Below are positions 59,193 to 64,000 of a stretch of DNA of 64,000 nt, piece by piece. The stretch is from Burkholderia sp. PAMC 26561 (GTDB lineage Bacteria; Actinomycetota; Thermoleophilia; Solirubrobacterales; Solirubrobacteraceae), in assembly GCA_964657595.1 (NCBI GenBank), contig CAZZVR010000001.1, forward strand, positions 17,580 to 81,579, given 5' to 3'. The notes beneath the pieces are model-generated. The model was not told where the DNA came from, searched no databases, and worked only from the letters and a program-made list of their open reading frames with translations. Position numbers and translations under genes: made by a program. Position 1 is the stretch's first letter; the number at the start of each line of letters is the position of its first letter.

Positions 59193-60047
59193 TCAGCGGG
59201 TCGGCGACTGGTTGACCCCGGTGAGGATCAGGTGGCCCGCGTCGACGGGGATCGTCACGCCGGTGACCTTGGCGGCGAGGTCGGAGTTGAGGTACAGCGC
59301 CGTGTCGGCGATGACCTGGGGGTCCATGAACGTCGTGCCCTTCAGCGCGGCGAACCCGTAACCGCCCTCCAGCATGTCCGCCTCGGTCCCGCCTTCATGG
59401 CCGGCGAACATGTCCCAGGCGCCCTGGTGGTCGGTCATTGGGGTCTTGATCGCGCCGGGGTTGATCGAGTTGCAGCGGATCCCGTGGGGCGCCAGCTCGA
59501 GGGCGATGTTCTTCATCAGGCCGATGACCGCGTGCTTGGCCGCCACGTAGTGGGCGTAGTTGAGGCCGGCCTCGAGCCCGTTGGTGGAGGAGGTGATGAC
59601 GATCGAGCCGGTCTGGCGCTCGATCATGTGCGGGGCGACCGCCTTGGCCGCCTTCCACACCCCGGTGAGGTTGACGCCGATCATGTCGTCCCATTGCTCG
59701 TCGGTCAGCTCCCAGAATGGCGCCATGGTCCAGATCCCCGCGTTGGCGATGAGGATGTCGATCTGCCCGAACTCGGCGAGCCCGCGACTCACCGCCTCAT
59801 CCAGCTGGGCCTGGTCTCGCACGTCGACGGTCAGGGACACCGCACGCCGGTCGAGCGCCTCGACCTGGCGGACGGTCTCGGCGAGGTCGTCCGGGGCGGC
59901 CATCTTGTACGGGACGGTGGCGATCTGGTCGTTGATGTCGACCACGATCACATCTGCGCCCTCACGGGCACATGTCACTGCGTGAGCGCGGCCTTGGCCG
60001 CGTGCAGCGCCGGTGATCAGGGCGACCTTCCCGTCGAGCATTCCCAT
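59193..60047 (-). CDS. Mycofactocin-coupled SDR oxidoreductase
   Basis: TGAARGQGRAHA, VPY insertion, YVAAKH. Confidence 0.92.
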   Translation of the reverse strand: MGMLDGKVALITGAARGQGRAHAVTCAREGADVIVVDINDQIATVPYKMAAPDDLAETVRQVEALDRRAVSLTVDVRDQAQLDEAVSRGLAEFGQIDILIANAGIWTMAPFWELTDEQWDDMIGVNLTGVWKAAKAVAPHMIERQTGSIVITSSTNGLEAGLNYAHYVAAKHAVIGLMKNIALELAPHGIRCNSINPGAIKTPMTDHQGAWDMFAGHEGGTEADMLEGGYGFAALKGTTFMDPQVIADTALYLNSDLAAKVTGVTIPVDAGHLILTGVNQSPTR

Positions 60048-60252
60048 CGTCCACTCTCCTTGAGTCCATGATTCTCGGTGCCCTCGCTCAGCTCATTTAC
60101 ATCAGAAAGCAATGCTTTTGAGCTTAGCGCCTCGGGCACCTCGGTGTGTCCTCCGTCACTCACTCTTCACCGATACTTGGGCCCCAATTAGTTGACCCTC
60201 CTTGTATTCTTTCTCCCAGTAGGTTCGAGCCACGTCGGTCGAGGGAGAAGAG

Positions 60253-63200
60253 ATGGCGATCCAGGCCAGCAGTGCCGACGAAGTCGGCGAGAGCGGAGTC
60301 AGTCAGTCACCGTTGCGCTTCGTGACGGTGGCGTCCCTGTTCGACGGTCACGATGCGGCGATCAACGTGATGCGGCGCCTCATCCAGGACCGCGGCGTCG
60401 AGGTGATTCACCTCGGGCACAACCGCAGCGTCTCCGACGTGGTGCGTGCGGCGATCCAGGAGGACGCGGACGCGATCGCCATCACCTCCTACCAGGGCGG
60501 GCACCTGGAGTACTTCAAGTACGTCGTCGACATGCTCGCCGAGCGCGGGGCCTCCCACATCCGCGTGTTCGGTGGCGGTGGCGGCACGATCACGCCGGAG
60601 GAGATCGCCCAGCTCCAAGCCCAGGGCGTCGAGCGGATCTATCACCCCAATGACGGCATGGCCATGGGGCTCACCGGCATGATCGACGACGTCGTCGAGC
60701 GCACGACCGCCTACCGCGCCGCCCGCACGCAGGATCGGGCCAGCCTGCTCGTCGGCACGGAAGCGACCGACCAACAGGTCGCCCAGGCGCTGTCGGCCCT
60801 CGAGGACGAGACCTATGACCCCAGCGAGCTCGAGCCGATGCGCGCCGGCGCCCACCGCGTCCCGGTGATCGGCATCACGGGCACCGGCGGTGCGGGCAAG
60901 AGCACGGTGACCGACGAGCTGCTCAACCGCCTGACTCACCGCTTCGGCGACAAGCGGATCGCCGTGGTGGCGGTCGACCCGTCCCGGCGGCGCACCGGGG
61001 GGGCCCTGCTGGGCGACCGGATCCGCATGAACAGCCTGCGCGACCCCTCGATCTACATGCGCTCCCTGGCCACCCGGGCGGCCAACCGCTCCACCAGCGC
61101 GATCCTGGCCGACGCCCTCAGCCTGCTGCGCGGTGCCGGCTTCGACCTGATCATCGTGGAGACCGCCGGCATCGGCCAGAGCGACTCAGACATCGTCGAC
61201 CTCGTCGACATCCCGCTGTACGTGATGACGAGTGAGTTCGGCGCCGCCTCCCAGCTGGAGAAGATCGACATGCTCGACCTGGCCGAGGTGGTGGTCATCA
61301 ACAAGTTCGACCGGCGCGGCTCGCTCGACGCGCTGCGCGACGTGCGCAAGCAGTGGCGGCGCAACCACGTCGCCTTCGAGACGCCCGAGGCTGAGATTCC
61401 GGTCTACCCGACGATCGCCAGCCAGTTCAACGACCCGGGCGTCACCTGGATGTTCCACAACCTCTGTCGAGTGATCGGCGCGCGCTCCGAAGACGGACCC
61501 GGCGCCTGGGATCCGGGGGCTGAACCTGAGACCCGGGAGCCGAGCGCCAGCGTGCTCATCCCCTCCGAGCGCGTGCGCTATCTGGCCGAGATCTCCGACC
61601 AGGGTCGCGGCATCGGGGCCGACATCGAGCTCAAGGCCGGCCAGGCCTCCGACGCCCAGCACTTCTTCAACGCCCTCCGGGCCCTGGATGACTCCGAGCT
61701 GCCGGGCGAGCTCGAGCACTACCCGGCATCTCTTCTCAACGATTCCCATACCGATTCAGACGCGATCGGCGTGCTGCGTCAACGGTATGAACAGGCGTTG
61801 GAGGCGCTCGGGCCAGAGGCTGTCTCTCTCCTCCGGTCCTGGCCTGAGCGCCTCGCGGGGGTCACCGCCGAGACGTACTCCTACAAGGTGCGCGGCAGGG
61901 AGGTGACCGGTGAGAACTATCGCCGCTCCCTCAGCGGCCAGATGATTCCCAAGATCGCCGCGCCCCGACTCGAGGGCTGGGGCGATCAGCTGCGCTTCCT
62001 CATGAAGGAGAACCTGCCCGGCGCCTATCCCTACACCGGCGGGGTGTTCCCCTACCGGCGCGCCGGTGAGGACCCGGCCCGGATGTTCGCCGGTGAGGGC
62101 ACCCCGGAGCGGACCAACCGGCGCTTCCACTACGTCAGCCAGGGTCAGCCGGCGGCGCGACTGTCGACCGCCTTCGATTCGGTGACCCTGTACGGGGAGG
62201 ACCCCGCCGAACGGCCCGACATCTACGGCAAGGTCGGCAACTCCGGCGTGTCGATCGCCACGGTCGATGACGCCAAGAAGCTGTACTCGGGCTTTGACCT
62301 GTCGTCGCCGACCACCTCGGTGTCGATGACCATCAACGGCCCGGCGCCGATCATCCTCGCCTGCTTCATGAACGCGGCGATCGATCAGAACGTCGAGAAG
62401 CACCTGCGCGAGAGCGGCGGCTGGGACGCCGCCCAGGCCCGGATGGCCGAGTATTTCGCCGGCCGTGGGGCCGGCTCCCCGGCGTACGCGGGTGAGCTGC
62501 CGGACACGAACACGGGCCTCGGCCTGGGTCTGCTCGGCGTCTCCGGCGACATGCTCGTCGAGCCCGAGGTGTACGAGCGGATCAAGACCGAGACGCTGTC
62601 GGCCGTGCGCGGAACCGTCCAGGCCGACATCCTCAAGGAGGATCAGGCCCAGAACACCTGCATCTTCTCGACCGAGTTCGGCCTGAAGATGATGGGCGAC
62701 GTCCAGCAGTACTTCGTCGACCATGAGATCCGCAACTTCTACAGCGTGTCGATCAGCGGTTACCACATTGCCGAGGCGGGGGCCAACCCGATCTCCCAGC
62801 TCGCCTTCACGCTGTCCAACGGGTTCACCATCGTCGAGTACTACCTCGCCCGGGGCATGAAGATCGACGAGTTCGCCCCCAACCTCAGCTTCTTCTTCTC
62901 CAACGGCATGGACCCCGAGTACGCGGTAATCGGTCGCGTCGCCCGCCGCATCTGGGCCCGGGCGATGCGCGAGCGCTACGGCGCCGCGGCGCGGTCGCAG
63001 ATGCTCAAGTACCACATCCAGACGAGCGGCCGCTCTCTCCACGCCCAGGAGATCTCCTTCAACGACATCCGCACCACGCTGCAGGCGCTGTACGCGCTGT
63101 TCGACAACGCCAACAGCCTGCACACCAACGCCTATGACGAGGCGATCACCACCCCCACCGAGGAGTCAGTGCGCCGCGCGCTGGCCATCCAGCTCATCAT

Positions 63201-63711
63201 CAACCGCGAGCTGGGGCTCAACTTCAACGAGAACCCCTGGCAGGGCTCGTACGTCATCGAGGCGCTCACCGACCTCGTTGAGGCCGCCGTGTATGACGAG
63301 TTCGACCGCATCTCCGAGCGCGGCGGGGTGCTCGGCGCGATGGACACGATGTACCAGCGTTCCAAGATCCAGGAGGAGAGCCTGTACTACGAGCAGCTCA
63401 AGCACAGCGGCGAGCTGCCCCTCATCGGCGTCAACACGTTCCTCCCCAAGGACGGGCACGGGGAGCAGATCGACAAGCTCGAGCTGATGCGCTCCGACGA
63501 CACCGAGAAGCACGCCCAGATCGACAACGTCCACGCCTTCCAGGCCCGGGCCGCGGACCGCGCCCCGGCGGCGCTGGCCCGGCTGCGCGAGGTGGCCCGC
63601 GCCCGCGGGAACGTGTTCGCCGAGCTGATGGACACGGTCAAGGTCGCCTCCCTGGGTCAGATCTCCGGCGCGCTGTATGAGGTCGGCGGCGAGTACCGTC
63701 GCAACATGTGA
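60253..63711 (+). CDS. icmF: Fused isobutyryl-CoA mutase/GTPase
   Basis: B12 domain [14 protein letters not shown]-domain, mutase RMFAG (Phe) and EDQAQN (Gln) determinants, GGEYRRNM end. Confidence 0.95.
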   Translation: MAIQASSADEVGESGVSQSPLRFVTVASLFDGHDAAINVMRRLIQDRGVEVIHLGHNRSVSDVVRAAIQEDADAIAITSYQGGHLEYFKYVVDMLAERGASHIRVFGGGGGTITPEEIAQLQAQGVERIYHPNDGMAMGLTGMIDDVVERTTAYRAARTQDRASLLVGTEATDQQVAQALSALEDETYDPSELEPMRAGAHRVPVIGITGTGGAGKSTVTDELLNRLTHRFGDKRIAVVAVDPSRRRTGGALLGDRIRMNSLRDPSIYMRSLATRAANRSTSAILADALSLLRGAGFDLIIVETAGIGQSDSDIVDLVDIPLYVMTSEFGAASQLEKIDMLDLAEVVVINKFDRRGSLDALRDVRKQWRRNHVAFETPEAEIPVYPTIASQFNDPGVTWMFHNLCRVIGARSEDGPGAWDPGAEPETREPSASVLIPSERVRYLAEISDQGRGIGADIELKAGQASDAQHFFNALRALDDSELPGELEHYPASLLNDSHTDSDAIGVLRQRYEQALEALGPEAVSLLRSWPERLAGVTAETYSYKVRGREVTGENYRRSLSGQMIPKIAAPRLEGWGDQLRFLMKENLPGAYPYTGGVFPYRRAGEDPARMFAGEGTPERTNRRFHYVSQGQPAARLSTAFDSVTLYGEDPAERPDIYGKVGNSGVSIATVDDAKKLYSGFDLSSPTTSVSMTINGPAPIILACFMNAAIDQNVEKHLRESGGWDAAQARMAEYFAGRGAGSPAYAGELPDTNTGLGLGLLGVSGDMLVEPEVYERIKTETLSAVRGTVQADILKEDQAQNTCIFSTEFGLKMMGDVQQYFVDHEIRNFYSVSISGYHIAEAGANPISQLAFTLSNGFTIVEYYLARGMKIDEFAPNLSFFFSNGMDPEYAVIGRVARRIWARAMRERYGAAARSQMLKYHIQTSGRSLHAQEISFNDIRTTLQALYALFDNANSLHTNAYDEAITTPTEESVRRALAIQLIINRELGLNFNENPWQGSYVIEALTDLVEAAVYDEFDRISERGGVLGAMDTMYQRSKIQEESLYYEQLKHSGELPLIGVNTFLPKDGHGEQIDKLELMRSDDTEKHAQIDNVHAFQARAADRAPAALARLREVARARGNVFAELMDTVKVASLGQISGALYEVGGEYRRNM

Positions 63712-64000
63712 GCGACGCCCGCATCGTCTCCCTCGTCCCCTCGATCACCGAACTGGTGTGCGACCTCGGGCTGGCCGATGGGCTCGTGGGACGCACCGGG
63801 TTCTGCATCCACCCCTGGGAGACCGTGCGCCACATCCCCAAGGTCGGCGGGACCAAGGACCTCAAGTTCGAGGCCATCCGGGAACTGGCGCCCACCCACG
63901 TGATCGTCAACATCGACGAGAACCGCCGCGAGGACGCCGAGGCGTTGGCCGAGTTCGTGCCCGAGGTGGTGGTCACCCACCCGCTCAGCCCCCACGACAA
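63708..64000 (+). CDS. Helical-backbone (BtuF-like) cobalamin/metal-binding protein, partial
   Basis: Manual translation [17 protein letters not shown]...[10 protein letters not shown]...VGGTK; GTGA overlap with icmF. Confidence 0.85.
   Translation, partial: MSDARIVSLVPSITELVCDLGLADGLVGRTGFCIHPWETVRHIPKVGGTKDLKFEAIRELAPTHVIVNIDENRREDAEALAEFVPEVVVTHPLSPHD

Noticed and set aside
60048-60252. Possible cobalamin riboswitch before icmF
   Set aside because: No B12-box consensus visible.
1-64000. Mobile elements, tRNA/rRNA, CRISPR, or a cholesterol catabolic cluster
   Set aside because: No transposase, integrase, RNA gene or spacer array seen. Hallmark steroid genes (kstD, kshA, hsaACD, ipdAB) are absent despite the KstR2-like boxes.

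Overview
High-GC actinobacterial DNA. The Ser-rich 'AACGSSS' lipoproteins suggest Solirubrobacterales/Thermoleophilia (inference only). The window is one dense catabolic region of about 55 genes. (1) Mycofactocin locus: mftR, mftA (45 aa, missed by the ORF track), mftB, mftC, mftD, mftE, an SDR and mftF, with no mftG, plus six more mycofactocin-type SDRs. (2) Genes pointing to camphor-like bicyclic monoterpenoid breakdown: a CamD-like Zn dehydrogenase, two CamK-like beta-diketone hydrolases, a P450 with ferredoxin, two Baeyer-Villiger monooxygenases, lactonases/esterases, CoA ligases, an acyl-CoA dehydrogenase pair, thiolase/DUF35 pairs, a B12 mutase with an atypical active site, and IcmF. (3) A CUT2 ABC transporter with three dispersed binding proteins. 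(4) Two KstR2-like TetR regulators and about ten intergenic copies of a KstR2-like operator. The most unusual sequence feature is a MoxR AAA+ ATPase ORF separated from an in-frame linker-VWA ORF by a single UGA followed by a possible hairpin. This suggests programmed stop-codon readthrough producing both AAA+ and AAA+-VWA subunits, in an operon with three mycofactocin SDRs. All family assignments come from motifs and recalled reference sequences; no searches were run.
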